Shown: positions 13,530 to 27,849, numbered from the stretch's first letter. The stretch: DNA of 64,000 bases from Octopus vulgaris (GCA_951406725.2 OX597814.1:225122001-225186000); one strand, 5' to 3'. Notes: generated by a model from the sequence alone, not told the origin. A program made the numbers and translations.

Positions 13530-13605
<76 letters not shown>

Positions 13606-13669
13606 TAAAAAGAGAGAGAGAGACGCACATACAGACACACACACACACACACACACATATATATTAATA

Positions 13670-13985
13670 ATAGTAGGGAATAAAAATTCCAAACTTACAG
13701 GGAAAAATTCAATTTAGCAATACTAAATCAAATTTCACAATATATAATATATGTATATAATTAAGAGAAATAGCCTCTATTATATAATTCAATAGATAGT
13801 GAAAGATATTATCTATATTAAATCAAGTAGAAAAATTTAAATATATTATAATAAATATTATTCTAAAAATCACTAAATTAAATAAACATTAAACTGACTA
13901 CGCGCGTTTCGTGACTATATATTTAAATCGATAATAATAAAATCGATACTATTAAAATTAATTCGATTTTACCCTTATTTATGAG
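13670..13985 (-). mobile_element. Penelope-like end fragment paralogous to 11063
   Basis: AGGGAATAAA...CTTACAGGGAAAAA is shared with 11070-11100. The - strand has a hammerhead 3' half, GAAA-CGCGCG-T-A-GTCAG, at ~13894-13912. Flanked by TA repeats. Confidence 0.6.
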
Positions 13986-13988
13986 TTG

Positions 13989-14044
<56 letters not shown>

Positions 14045-14094
14045 TATACGTACACACACACACACACACATATATATATAAAGGAGAAATAAGC

Positions 14095-14235
14095 TATATT
14101 ATATCTCTGAGCAAGATATAAACAGTAGCAGTACGGTACCGTAACAAATAATCACCGACCAAGTGTGCTATCCTATACAGGACAGTGTTACTAACATTTA
14201 TAGCCCCAGGAAGACATTCCCAGCTCGCTAACGAC
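14095..14235. mobile_element. Unpaired diverged copy of the 7480 hairpin family
   Basis: AGATATAAACAGTAG, GACAGT and TAGCCCCAGGAAG align with the tail and arm of 7480-7928. Confidence 0.5.
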
Positions 14236-15087
14236 ACAGACACGCTAATACATACATACATACGATTAAAGCACGACTGTTTTCTGCTTAGAATATACGA
14301 CGTTTTCCCGTTCTATTACATTCCTTAATGTTATGGTAGTTTCTCTATACATTTTTCTAGTTACATTTGATTAAGGTTATAAAAAGATCATATTGTTCTC
14401 ATGTCATAGTGTCAAGATATAGAATGTTCTGTGTCATGTAATTTGCTTACTTAAATAAAGACAACAGTAGACCACAAACTGATACTGCCATGTGGTACAG
14501 AAGGAAGTGACCTCTGGATGCTTAACTATAAAAGTCGACCTTTACAAAATTTGAACTTAAAATACGATACTTTGTTTATATATCGCTTGTATTCCTAGCT
14601 ATTATTAACAATACTGAGACTGGTAAGGAATAGTGACAGATGTGTCCGGTGTTTGGCGTTCTGACACAGTCTCTATTTTGTATGCTAAAGATTGTGTTGA
14701 AGTGATATTAAGAATTATTATATCTTTTAATTATTCCTGTTTCTTTCAACGAGTTTTATATCAACATATGTACCATAATATAATAAACAATGCAACTAGT
14801 TTTCATGATGATGAAGACGACTTTGCGAAACTGCGAGATTTGGTAGAGATAGCAACCAAATTTCTCACAAATCTACTTTCTCCTCATAGTAACGGAATGA
14901 TGCATTGCATAATGTAAAACGACATTCGTTACACTGGTAGTTCAAGGGTAGGGTTAAGAAACAGAGAAACGAAAGAAAAACCAGTAAGATATAAGTTTCA
15001 CCTTACTAAAGTTAAGATACAGTATGGAACAAGTGTTGACAGGAGATCATCTTCAGCAAGGTGAAGTGGTAGAACAGTATATTTTGT

Positions 15088-15402
15088 CGTATTTCGGTAT
15101 GGTCATTTTGCCAGTTTAGCCAATAAAAACACACGCACTATATATTTGGTGTTAGTAAGGAAAGACACAAATAAGAAAGAAGAAAGCAAAGGACCACTGA
15201 TGCGGTCACAGGAGTGTGACGAAAGAACTCTGGCCGAAATAAGATTAAGATTAATGTAAAAAATAAATAATACTGAAGCAAAGTAACAAGTGCGTGTGTT
15301 TTTATTGGCTAAACTGGCAAAATGACCATACCGAAATACAACAATGTCTGTTTCAACACACGACTTCACATAAAAAATCTTGCACAACAAATATATAAAC
15401 GT
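15088..15402 (+). mobile_element. Asymmetric hairpin element (Penelope-like remnant) with apparent 12-bp TSD
   Basis: Arms ~15084-15139 and 15289-15344. The tail (CAACACACGA...AATCTTGCA) is homologous to the 5301 tail. AGTATATTTTGT is repeated at 15076-15087 and 15403-15414. Confidence 0.8.
15191..15235 (+). ncRNA. Minimal type I hammerhead ribozyme-like motif, C3-G8 core
   Basis: GGACCA-CTGATGC-G-GTCACA[GGAG]TGTGAC-GAAA-GAAC-T-C-TGGCC. A9 reads C. Confidence 0.7.
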
Positions 15403-16593
15403 AGTATATTTTGTGTTATTTATTCGGTTTCTTATGTCCTGAATTCAAATTTTACCGATCTCAGCGTTGTCTTGCAGAGTCAAAAAGTAAACGTTGTAGA
15501 GCGGAGGACCAGTGCAATTGTTAGGATCAAGAGTAGGGTTGGATGCTTTACCGAATCTGATCCGGCTCTTTATACTTTGAATTCAAACCTTGCAGTAGAC
15601 TAATTGTATGGTAGACTTACGATTTACCTCAAACGCCCGGGCAAAGTGACCCTAGAGAGTCTTCTTAGTTGAAAACATTCGAGCAAGATTTCTCTTTTAG
15701 GATACCCTCTCCACCATGTGGAAGGTATCCTAAAAGCATTCCAGAAAAGGGATGGTCATGTTCGAGGAGAGAACACCGACCGAACGACGAAATTTGAGCA
15801 TACAGAAACGAAAACACATCCTGTGAGGTTAAAATCTCAAAGCGATGACGTCGCTCGAAACAGACACGATACTTGTTAGAAAGGAAACGCATTTCAGAAA
15901 CAAGGAAAATACTTAGAAAAATGATTATCAACAAAAGATGTCAGATTAGCAGAACAACCATACCATCGCCTACTTTGACAACTGTATATAAATTAAGCAA
16001 AATATAAAGCATATTCCAAAAGTCAACTTAAGAAATACAATTCCACTTGCATAACTGAAATAGCTAACCTTATTAGAACAAGGCTAACATCAATGGAATC
16101 GACAAGGAAACATCAAAACTAATACATCAATGAAAACTAGCAATCATTTGTTCCCAGCCTAAATCATATAACAAACAGCATTGACAACTGCGACAGCCGG
16201 TTCACACGTCGTGCTACAATAATAACGTTAAGTGATACACCGAGACTTCACCAGCGCGCAAATTGACTTACCAAACTCTTCGAAATCACTCACCAAAATA
16301 TACACTCAAAGAACATAGAAATACATAACGTAAGTCAATTATCTACTTCGACCAGAAACCTTTGCTCTTTCTTCCACCAAGCACTAACAACGCAACAGGA
16401 AAATTCAAAAACTCAAACCGGGAGTTAATAAATTTTGAAGCCTGCAGCTAAAGCACTTGCTGTCTACTTCGGAGTGATTTCTAATTAAAAAGTAATAAGA
16501 AAATAAAGTCAAAGGACGCTCAACTGATAGAGGCATTAGAGCGTCACACAAAATACATTAATATCTAGTTATGGTAATTTACGTACTGTGTTA

Positions 16594-16917
16594 AGGCGGC
16601 GAGCTGCCAGAAAGGTTAGCACGATGGACGAAATGCGTAGCCGTATTTCATCTGCAGTTACGTTCTGAGTTCAAATTCCGCCGAGGTCGACTTTGCCTTT
16701 CATCCTTTCGGGCTCGATTAAATAAGTACCAGTTACGCACTGGGGTCGATATAATCGACTTAGTCCGTTTGTCTGTCCTTGTTTGTCCTCTCTGTGTTTA
16801 GCCCCTTGTGGGTACTAAAGAAATAGGTATTTCGTCTGCCGCTACGTTCTGAGTTCAAATTCCGCCGAGGTTGACTTTGCCTTTCGGGGTCGATTAACTA
16901 AGTACCAGTTACGCACA
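16594..16917 (+). mobile_element. tRNA-derived SINE, head plus partial second tandem unit
   Basis: GGCGGCGAGCTG head and junction AAAGAAATAG|GTATTTCGTC. Confidence 0.9.
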
Positions 16918-16992
16918 AATCCAATTGAAATCATCCTATTCTGTAATTCGTGTTTGTGATGACCGGTATTTAAAAACTTGATTTTCGATATA

Positions 16993-17791
16993 AACGTAAA
17001 AGGAAGTTCTACCAGAAATCCTTCCTTTACTTATTGTTTCTAGAATGTCCGAGGTGACATCTGTGCCCCTCCACCCCCAGATTTTTTCCAAAATTTCTTC
17101 CGATTCGTATGTTTTCAATCCAAGAGATTAGGATTTCTCCCAAGAAACACGTTCTCAGTATTTTAATTTTCTCCGTCCCCACCCCAATTTCTTCATTTTT
17201 TTAAAACTTTTTTCGAATTTTTTTCTGGCTTATCCACGGGTGGTGGTGGACAGAGTTCGAATCTTTAAGAATTTTCTTCTTTTATATTTTCTTAAAGAAA
17301 CACTAAAATCTCCTTCCCAAACATTCACCCATCACTTCACCACTTTCAAAAAGTTACAAACTCCCAATCTTTCACTTTTAGCTTTTCGGAAAGTGGGGAA
17401 GTTTCTTCAGAAATAATGCCATTAGCCTGTTGTTACATTATGTCGGGTTTTCTGGTGGCGGTTTGATATTTTTTACGTCTGCTATTTCAGTACAATTGTA
17501 CGCATTCGTGAAACATCAGATGAAAGTGAAATATTGAGTGCCTTTAGCTTTTCGAAAGTGGTTAGGTGATGGGTGGACAATGTGGGAGAAGTGGCAATGA
17601 GTGTTTCTTTCAGAAAAGTTAAACTTTAAAAAGAAAATATTTCTCAGATTCGTTAATGTCTGTATTTTTCTACATGGATAAAAAAAAAACATATTAGAAA
17701 AAATGTTACAAATTAAGAAATTGCGGTGGGGACGGAAGAGGAATTAAAATTTTAAAAACGTGATTTTTGAACAAACTTCCTTTTATACGTG
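16993..17791. mobile_element. Old foldback/MITE-like element with diverged long inverted repeats
   Basis: 17146-17365 pairs with 17545-17762 (e.g. TCCGTCCCCACC / GGTGGGGACGGA). Outer match ACGTAAAAGGAAGTT / AACTTCCTTTTATACGT. Confidence 0.65.
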
Positions 17792-19444
17792 AAACAATTC
17801 ATAGTTTGTGATCCTTCTTAAGAACAGAAAGCACTTTCATGCAAGCCCATGCAAATTATACCCCGCCCCCTTCACTTTTAAACCAAGAATAACTTCCATT
17901 ACTCCAGTAATCCAGTTCATTATATATCTGCTGTGCCGATTCTCCCCATAAGAAAGGAACAAATAATACAATGTGGGTGTAGGTCATAACATTCGGGCAA
18001 CGCCGGGATGCATTGGTAGTGTATGTGTATCCATACATTAACTTTAACCTATTAGTTTAAATATGCCTACCTCTTCCAGTTTTCAGTTTGGATTATTATA
18101 CTGTGTACAAAAATGTACTCATGTCTTAACCTTCATTAGGTCCTGAGGTTTTTCTTAAGAATTCTCGATAGTCATTCATTTAATAATTCCGGTTAATTGC
18201 ATAATTTGATTAGTTGCACATTTTTTTTTAAAACATCTAACGATTAAGCAGCCAATTTATGCGAAATTAATTGTTAATTTCATATGGAAATGACGTCAAT
18301 TTCAGTAATTACGTAACATTTGTGTATATTTTTTAAAAATTTCGAGTAAAATCTTTCAAAATGTCGCTTGAAATATAATATGTGTTTTAATATGAAGAGT
18401 GACAGCGAAAACTTGATGTTTACAAACAATCGATGCCAAAGAATTAAAAGAATTCATGTTTCTTTCATCATTTCAATAAATCAAAAACTGTCGAAGCTCG
18501 GATTGAAAGTGTCATAAAATCTTCAATAATTATACTTAAGATAAAATTGGTAAAACGAAGTGGTGAAGAGATGCCTTTTTATTTTATTTATTTCTCTATT
18601 TACTTTTCATTATTGACAAGTTTATCCTTCGAATGGCCCAGTTAGTTCTTTCTTACTACGTATGACCGTAGCTTTTTATCATTAAGTAGAACAAGGATAT
18701 CCGGAGGTTATTCTAAGAAATTGTGTATCTGATTAAGCTTCGGTAAATGAAGCATATCAAGTTTAAATGAAAAATCTTCATAATTAATGATAAATAAGTC
18801 AAATAATTGTTATACCAATACATTTCTATTGAAAAATAGCTTGGTCTAGTTTGAGTGCAAGTAAATTACGTATATTCCAAACGTATTGTAAATAAAAAAA
18901 AAAATTAAATGCTACAGGCAATATATAATTTTACAAATCATCGCATAACGCGCTGATTCGGTTAATAGCATACTTCGGTTAATTGCATAAAAACTAAATC
19001 TCCTGAGCTACTAGGGAAATCGATTGGTTACATTAATTTAAATTTTAAAAAAATATAATTTATCATCTTTTTATATTATAGTCAGTAAAGCATGCGTAGG
19101 CCACCTTTTAGAGAAGATGGCTGTATGAGACATGGCTCATTAATAAGCTTGCTTCACTACTAAAAACATTCAAGGTAATTTTTCGTTAAGCGTGCCATTC
19201 AATAAGTCCAGCGGGCCACAGTTTGCCCATGACTTCTATAAAGTGTCAGTCACCAAGCCGACCATACTCGACAAGAGGTTTATACATTAAATGCTACCTT
19301 AAAATAGAATTGAGATAAGTATAACTATATATGCATTTGAAACAGATGTCATGATTCCTCTAAAATTTTATTCGTATAATATTGTATAATTGTACAAAGG
19401 GAGATTGAAATAAGCTTATTCAGATAAGCATATATTTTTTTCTA

Positions 19445-20275
19445 ATTTTGGCACACGCCACCAGTTTTAAAAGGAGGGAGTCAGTCGATACACTCGACCC
19501 GAGTGTCAGTCGATACCAGCGACCCCTGTACTTGACAAGTGGTTTGCTTTATCAAAGCCCAAAGGATAAAAAACAAAATCGACTTCAACGGAATTTGAAC
19601 TCAAAACCTAAACTACTGGAAGTATTTTGTCCGACGCGCTAACTTTTCCGCCAGCTCACAAGTATAATTCATATATTATGGCTTCAAATGTTGGCATAGG
19701 ATCAGCAGTTTTTGAAGGGAAGGAAAAAGTGATTACGTCGATCTTAGTACTTGAGTGGTACTTATTTTATTGATCTCGAAAGGATGAAAGTAAACTCGGC
19801 CTCCGCGGAATTTGAACTCAGAACATAAAGGGCTGTGAAATGCCAGCAAGCATTTTTTCGGCATGCTAACAATTCTATTCTACCATAGGCACAAAGCTTG
19901 AAATTTGGGGGAAGGGATTAGGTCAATTACATTGACCCCAGTGCGTGACTGGTACTTATTTAATCGACCCCGAAAGAATGAAAGGCAAAGTTGACCTTAG
20001 TGGAATTTGAACCCCGAACGTAGCGACAGACGAAATACCTATTTCTTTACCACCCACAAGGGGCTAAACACAGAGGAGACAAACAAGGACAGACGGATTA
20101 AGTCAATTATATCGACCCCAGTGCGTAACTGGTACTTAATTTATCGACCCCGAAAGGATGAAAGGCAAAGTCGACCTCGGCGGAATTTGAACTCAGAACG
20201 TTACGACAGGCGAAATACCGCTATGTCCTTCACCCGGCATGCTAACGATTCTGCCAGCTCGGTGACTTCCCTGAA
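19445..20275 (-). mobile_element. Cluster of tRNA-derived SINEs (two old copies and one young chimeric/tandem copy)
   Basis: Repeated ACTGGTACTTA...CGACCCCGAAAGGATGAAAGGCAAAGTCGAC. Confidence 0.88.
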
Positions 20276-20677
20276 GTAGATATACAAATAGATAAACAAC
20301 AAATACATTCAAGCTACAAAGATATTCAATAGAGACGTCCTATTGGCAGAGTCGAAGAACATTGAATAACTTTGCGGTTATTGTTCCAGTTCTGAAAGGA
20401 CAACGTTGTTCTTCGTCTTTTGGAGGTCGATAAATAAAGTAACAGTCTTGTACTGGGGTCGATTCTTCTCTCTCACCTTCACGTTCTGTCTATCCCTCCT
20501 GAAAAAATCGACTTGGCTAGACGTGGAGAGAGATAGGTTTTGTCAAGTCTAAACAATACCCAAAACATACCATTCCTCGCAATGGCAGCCAATGACACTA
20601 TGATGGAGTTGAAAACCCAAGTCAAAGCATATACAGCATATTAGTTCAGTACTAAATGAATTTTTATAATATAATAT

Positions 20678-20850
20678 TGGTTTCAAAGTTTGGGACATGG
20701 CCAGCATTTTATGGGAGAAGCTAAGTCATTTAAATTGATCCCAGTTCGCAACTGGTACTTATTTTATCAGCCCCGAAAGGATGGAAGGCAAAACAGACCC
20801 TGGCATATTTGAAGCCAGAACGTAAAGACGGACGAAATGTTCGCCACCAT
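20678..20850 (-). mobile_element. tRNA-derived SINE, diverged
   Basis: CAACTGGTACTTATTTTATCAGCCCCGAAAGGATGG. Confidence 0.8.
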
Positions 20851-21654
20851 TTTTCTTAATGTAATATTAATATATGTAGAATGTCATTCAAACAAGTATA
20901 TATGCAATAATAATATGCAAGAATTATCTTTCAAGCTGTAAGAAAATACAGCATATTAGTCATGTTATCGTTGGTGCTTTCTGTGAATATAAATGTAATT
21001 TTGTAAACATGGATTTCATTTGTTATGTTAAAGCTATTTTAAAATCCCTAAGAGGGTGTTGAGTTATAAAAATAACATTATATTCAGATATGCTGATACG
21101 CTATCATAAATTTCTCGTTATTTCAAAAACATGACACCTCATGCAACCCACTGATTGTTATCTTATGGTTTATTGAGAAAATGGTTACAATTGCAAAATA
21201 TTTACGCTGTGGAGGCGATGTTTTTTTTTATTTAAATACTTATTATTATTACAGCAAAACATTATTAATAAATGTTACTGTTCATTCCCAGGTCAGTCTT
21301 TGTGGCGCATTCCAGCCGGGAGCCATTTCATCTTTACTGTGTCTAGAATTACTTTGTTCAGCGTGTTCTTTGAAAATGATAAATTGTGGTTTAAGGGAGA
21401 TTTGGTTGTTATTTCTACCGGTTCCAGCGACTGCATAGAGGCTCGGTTATTGGTTCGCTTTGTCTTGTATGTGTTATAATATAAGCAAATCTTGCTGTTG
21501 TGGTTTAGATCTATTTAGAATTGCTTCGCTTAATTTTTATACTTAGCCGTCACGCACACGCAAGTATAAGTTAATGATTTGTACAACACTTACACTAATT
21601 ATTTTAGGCGTCTATGTAATCGCGAACAGACATTTTCATAAATAATTAGCAGGT

Positions 21655-21780
21655 AGATATTCTGCCTGGGTCGACTTTACCCTTCATCCTTCCGGGGTCG
21701 ATAAAATAAGCACCAGTTGAGCACTAACCCACCACTCACTACTGAACTTGTTGGCTTTGTACCAATATTTGAAACCAATA
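21655..21780 (+). mobile_element. SINE fragment
   Basis: GTCGACTTTACCCTTCATCCTTCCGGGGTCGATAAAATAAG. Confidence 0.8.
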
Positions 21781-22194
21781 TTCAATAGGTAGATATGAGC
21801 ATCACAACATATTCTTACCCTGCGACCCTCTGCATATGGGTGTGTGAGAACATGATGGTTTTTTTCTTTCGTTCTTTATTCTCCTTCTCTCACTTTCTCA
21901 TAAAAATAACATTCTTCATTTTCTCTTCTTCATTCTCTTTATTCCTCTTTCTATTTTCTTTCCTTCTCCACCACCACCACCACCACCACCATCAGGAAAG
22001 GTTTTCTAAATGATTCAACTGACTCACTTCACCTGATCGGAAGATTCTCAAATGGTTGTTATAAATAAAAAAACATAGAAACCTATTGGTTAAGTGAACT
22101 GGGGTAATGTTGCTTTATGTAACCCGACTAGAAACGCATTGATTAGCCTTCAATGCATGTAGTGGGCTTAAAATCACAACCTATCATAATCCTT

Positions 22195-22770
22195 CTTACT
22201 AAAGGTACAAGGTCCGAAATTTTCGGGGAGGAAACTACTCGATTACATCGAAACAACCCCCACATACACACACATACATACACACAGTGTTTCATTGGTA
22301 TTTAATTTACCGACCCCGAAAAGATAAAAGGCAAAGTCAACTTCGGCAGAATTTGTAATCAGAACGTAACGACGGGCAAAATACTGCTAAGCATTTCCTC
22401 CACCATGCTAACGATTCTGCTCGGTCGCCGACTTATCTTACACTATCATAATGAAAGTAATACAATACTTTACCAAAATCGTCCTCGCAACGAAATTAAT
22501 AATTAGTAGAGTAGTAAAGAGCAATACAGAAATATTTCTGGATACAATACTATATTGGTTTCAAATTTTGGCACAAGGCCAGAAATTTCGGAGGAGGGGT
22601 AAGTCGATTACATCGACCCTATTGCCCAGCTGGTATTTATTTTATCGTTGTCGAAAGGATGAGAGCAAAATCGATCCCGGCGACATTTGAACTCAGAACG
22701 TAAAGACGGACGTAATGCCGCTAAGCGTTTCACCTGGCGTGCTAATGAGTCTGTCAGTTCGCCACCTTCA
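22195..22770 (-). mobile_element. Two tRNA-derived SINE copies (22195-22435, 22555-22770)
   Basis: Family motifs on the - strand. Confidence 0.82.
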
Positions 22771-23121
22771 AACTCAACACTCTATTAAGATTAGTTACAT
22801 CTAATCTAAGAATTGATCAATAATGAAATGAATAGTTGTGAATTCATACGCTTATTCAAAGCTTCATTAAAATTGATGCATCATTAAAATTATATCGAGA
22901 CTGTGATTTGACAGAATTTATATCAAGGTTGACGAATTCTTAGAGCGTCGGATAAGAATCTCCTGTGGCGTTCGTTGTGGTTCTCTCTACTTTGAGTTCA
23001 AATCCTGACGAGGTTTTTACTTTCTCGAGTTCAAGACAACATACTAGTACTTGAATTGATTCTCCTGTCTGTCTATGTCTGTCTATCTGCCTGTCTGTCT
23101 TTGTCTGTCTGTCGCTCTGTC

Positions 23122-23187
<66 letters not shown>

Positions 23188-24030
23188 AATTGCATATGTA
23201 CTTCTAAAGTTCAGCTTTGTTATATTGTATCGTGCTGTTTAGGTCAGAAAATTATGTTAATGAAACATGTGTCTGTGGAATACACATCTGCTTCTACATT
23301 TATCTTATGAGTAGGAATTCAGTTCTTCAAGTAATTGTGCGCTCATTGTCGAGACCGACAGAGAAGCCAGCATAATTCATATCAACACAGTTCTTTTCAC
23401 ACATACATTTTTAATACTCACAATTAAAAGTGGTGTTTGATGGTCTAAAAAATAACAATACCAAACCCAATAGGATTTCTTCAGATTGATGCCTCGTATA
23501 TATACCTGTAATAAAATATGTGACAATTATTCGGTTGCCATAATAAAACTCCGAGTTTCGGATGTCGGGACGGAAACCTGCACCGGCATCGATAACAGAA
23601 TAATTGTCACATATTATATTACAGATAAATTCCTCTATTTACATATCAAGGTCTCATTCATTCTTTTGTTGTCTTACCATTACTATTACTATATATATAC
23701 ACAGAGAGAGAGAGGCTATGAGAGGTGATGGTGTCAGTGAGACCCAAAGGTGTCAGGCAATGCTGCGTAAGTGCTATGGGTAGACCCTAGTTAAGTTCCA
23801 GGTTCGGTGATTATGCGCATAAGGGGTCCAGCGTAGGTTATATGTCAGCGTGTGTATATAATTTTTTTTCCATAATGAGATAAACAACTAAGGGTTTGTA
23901 GATTTTAGAAAAAATATAAATATAAATATACTAGAAACAGCTGTTAAGACCTTCTATTTATAAATGTTCTAAAATCTACACAGCCTTTTTTTATGTTATT
24001 ACAGAAAAAATTATATATATATGTGTGTGT

Positions 24031-24089
<59 letters not shown>

Positions 24090-24243
24090 TGTGTGTATGT
24101 ATATGTATATATGTATGTCTATATATGCCAACATTGTTCATTAGAATGACCATTCCTCTACATCTACCTTTCTTTAGGGTAAACATGTGCATCTTTTACC
24201 TGTAAAATATACTGAAGAAATATCAAGATTGTAAGCATAGGCA

Positions 24244-25157
24244 CGAGAGGGCAGCCAAAAGTAATGGGAAACGTTCTCTGTGAGACAAGCCCGTTATAGT
24301 TCACGCTCCCGACGCTAGGAGTCATTTTATACGATTCTCAGGCATCAGTCTGCCGCCTGGCGTTGTTTAGTGGAGGGGGGTGTCTTACTGCCATGTGGCG
24401 CGTCTTTCTTTTACAGTGTTTCTCTCCTGTTCATCGATTTTTGCGATGGCTGAAACTAAGGAACTGGGGGATTTTATGAAATTCTGTTTTTTGCTGAGGA
24501 AGATGACGGTCGAAACAGTTGTCATGCTTTAAACGACTTACAAGGTCGTTGCCATGAGCAACACACAAGTTTAAAAGTGGTTTCCACGCTTTAGGAATGG
24601 TCGTTTGTTTCTTGAGGATCAACTTCGTTCAGGGCGACCGTCGACCTCCCGAAGGAATAAAAACATCACGAAAATTCATGAACTGATTTTGGAGGACCGT
24701 CACCGAAAAATTGACGAACTTGTTGATATGACTGGTGTGTCCCGGAGCTGCTACCAACGAATTTTGAGCGATGAATTGAGAATGAAAAGAGTTGCAGCAA
24801 AATTTGGACTTCGCTTGCTCAGGGAAGATCAAAAGCAATCACGACTGAATGCTTGTTGTGAACTGAAAGAAGAGTTGGAAGTTAATCCGGACCTTTTTTC
24901 GAAGGTCATCACTGGTGACGAAAGCTGATGCTACGGAATTTGCAAATGTGAGGGAGGTGAAGAAGGAAAACGACGGAGGCGTTAAAAGACATCACTTGGC
25001 AAGAGATCCCTCGCTACATGGAATAGTGGAAAATGCGTCTCGACCGATGCATTGCTTCAAAGGGAAAATACTTTGAGGGCAAAATAAGTGTAAACACGGA
25101 AAACTAAGGGAATAAAGTAATATTGCAAAATTCCGGTTTCTTTTGGGTCTCCCCTCG
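24244..25157 (+). mobile_element. Internally deleted mariner (Tc1/mariner) DNA transposon
   Basis: Imperfect TIRs CGAGAGGGCAGCCAAAAG / CTTTTTGGGTCTCCCCTCG|TA. ORF has RSGRPSTS, an HTH region, KRVAAKF..RLL and VITGDES (first catalytic Asp), then jumps to C-terminal GKYFEG. Confidence 0.9.
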
Positions 25158-25199
25158 TATATTGTATGCATGCCTATATTCATACATGCATACTAACAT

Positions 25200-25433
25200 A
25201 CCTATTTCTTTATTACCCACAAGGGCTAAACACAGAGAGGACAAACAAGGACAGACAAACGGATTAAGTCGATTATATCGACTCCAGTGCATAACTGGTA
25301 CTTAATTTATCGACCCCGAAAGGATGAAAGGCAAAGTCGACCTCGGCGGAATTTGAACTCACAACGTAACGCAGACGAAATACCGCTAAGCATTTCATCC
25401 GGCATGCTAACGTTTCTGCCAGCTCGTCACCTT
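25200..25433 (-). mobile_element. tRNA-derived SINE, young full-length copy
   Basis: Close match to the 30105 family. Confidence 0.9.
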
Positions 25434-25664
25434 GATATGACTTGATACACCTTTGTGTTATGTATGTGTGTGTGTGTGTGTATGTCATACTAACATACCG
25501 ACAGACAAACAGATGTACGCGTGTGCGTACATTGTACGGTTTTACATAGTTACCTGAATGGATGCTGGCAATAATTAATGCATGTGAAAGAGCTAAATGG
25601 AAATTAAGATGCGTTAAGATTACGCAGCAATATGAACCGGTTGTAGTTTGTAACTAAAGAAAAT

Positions 25665-26084
25665 TTTTATTTCTTTATTGCCCACAAGGGGCTAAACATA
25701 GAGGGGACAAACAAGGACAGACAAAGAGATTAAGTCGATTACATTGACCCCAGTGCGTAACTGGTACTTAATTTATCTACCCGGAAAGGATGAAAGGCAA
25801 AGTCGACCTCAGCGGAATTTGAACTCAGAACGTAAGGACAGACGAAATACCTATTTCTTTATTACCCACAAGGGGCTAAACACAGAGAGGACAAACAAAG
25901 ACAGACAAACGGATTAAGTCGATTACATCGACCCCAGTGCGTAACTGGTACTTATTTAATCGACCCCGAAAGGATGAAAGGCAAAGTCGACCTCGGCGGA
26001 ATTTGAACTCAGAACGTAGCGGCAGACGAAATACGGCTACGCATTTCGCCCGGCATGCTAACGTTTCTGCCAGCTCGGCGCCTT
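25665..26084 (-). mobile_element. tRNA-derived SINE, tandem dimer
   Basis: Two ~182-bp units joined at GACGAAATAC|CTATTTCTTT. Confidence 0.92.
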
Positions 26085-26587
26085 GTAACTAAAGGCCATT
26101 CTTTCAGTGTATTAGTAAATATTTCTACTTCAGAGTCTAGGTTAACATTAACTCCGACCTTTTGTTTCAGGCTAAATTTGTCAGTAAAATATATGACAAT
26201 TCCCCATTAAATAGAAATTGAAAACCAATATGCTCTTCTTAAAGAATTCAGTTTACTCATAAATTTCCAAAAGATTCGTTGCATTGTTTACATTTTTCTT
26301 TTTTCTTCTAATTATGCTTCAAAACCGACCAATTTCAATTTTATTTCTCCTTTAGATTTGCGCGTGAAGATACTTCTAAATAACTGACAAGTTAATCAAC
26401 TCAATACGGCCAAAAATGCAGTTTATAAATGGGTTCTCTGTTAACCCAAACTACAGGAGGAGTTAAGGTTACTCTGTAAATCATTATTGTGTGTGTGCGT
26501 GTGTGCGTGTGTGTGTGAGTGTGCATGTGTGTGTATATATACACATAAGCATGTAAGTGTATAATTACAGATGTATAAAATGCACAG

Positions 26588-26618
<31 letters not shown>

Positions 26619-26865
26619 TAACACAAAGGTATGGGATTTTAAATCCAGCCTGTTATTTTAACAGAAGTCTGTTAAAATCTAGACTTGGCTAACCATATTG
26701 ATTATGAAAATACATTTGGGATCGTGTAGAATTGATAAATACAGTTTAACTACTTTCGATTGGTACTAGTTGAGTGCTGGGGTCGATGTAATCGACTTAT
26801 ACCCTCCTCTGAAACTGCTGGTCTTGTACCAAAATTTAAATCATCATTATTATTGCTATTATTAT

Positions 26866-27849
26866 TGACGGTGAGCAGGTGTAGTCGCCGGTTGTCAGAC
26901 GAGAGTTTCTACAGCTCTTCTCATTGTCGGAGCCGCAGCCCTGGATTAAGAGTAGACCGAGAAAAAGCGCTTGGTACCTACTGTCGGCAAACGCACACAA
27001 CCCTCTGCCAATAGTGTGATGTGAGTCGCAGAAGTTACAGTTTGGAGTTCTATAGTGGCGGTCAAGATTGAGGACGTCCTCGGGAAATTTCTTGGCGTCG
27101 AGAGGGATCAACTGGCTGGTCATTTTTGGAAGACTTCCGGACTGTGACCTATGGATAATATCCAGTAATCCGTCCTGGTAGTACTACCTAGGAGCTCCGC
27201 CAGGTCATGAGAAGCTCTACAGGCACGGAAGTGCTCTCAGACGGGCATGTCTGAGATGCGCGTAGAGCTATGAAACAGTTCTGCATTCATCCGTCCACTG
27301 TCCAGGAACTGCTGACTTCTGGAGTTTTGTCGCGCAGCTGTTGTCGCGTGTAGAACGGATCTGGTTATAGATCGAGCCCATTGTGAGGATCACCCCGCCG
27401 CTTTCTTTTGGCCGAGAAGTGCAGACAGTTTTCCTCTGCTTGGTAGCTGTTTGGTGGACTGAATTTTTCGAATTCCACTTCGAAAGGAAAGTGAGAGAGG
27501 AGAGATAATTGTTTTCCCCAGCCCCAGTATTTTTGTTGACGGGTGGGTGAATGTGACAAGGATTGTCTGTGTAAAAGAGCCTACTCTGAGCATGTGCTGT
27601 AAGCCAGAGGAAATGGAGACGAGTGCTAACTCGAGCTGCCCTTGGTGTTCGGGGTGTCCAGGATGAGTGGGGTTTCTTTATTTCCCCTGGGTGGAGCATC
27701 CGCAACTTTTGGTGAATTTTATTGTTTGAACTTTTTATTGTTAATTTCATCTTATTGTTGTTAGTTTACACTCACTAAATGTAAATCCCCAGTGTCCTTT
27801 GCGTTGTATCGTCTTTTGTTTTGAGCGCGGACCTTGTGGCCAATAAAGG
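26866..27849 (+). mobile_element. L1/Tx1-clade LINE 3' fragment, decayed
   Basis: 27208-27362 translates EKLYRHGSALRRACLRCA*SYETVLHSSVHCPGTADFWSFVAQLLSRV (zf-RVT-like CCHC). It ends CCTTGTGGCCAATAAAG. Confidence 0.8.

Larger units (their letters stand above)
11063..13536. mobile_element. AT-rich asymmetric inverted-repeat element (Penelope-like), split by a Helitron
   Basis: Tail 11063-11148 joins arm 12628-12742 once 11149-12627 is removed, as the paralog at 13670 shows. Inverted arm 13422-13536. Hammerhead relic on - at ~12764-12860. Confidence 0.65.

Noticed and set aside
19205-19236. GCGGGCCACAGTTTGCCCATGACT, resembling a hAT-type MITE end
   Set aside because: No matching opposite TIR or 8-bp TSD was found.
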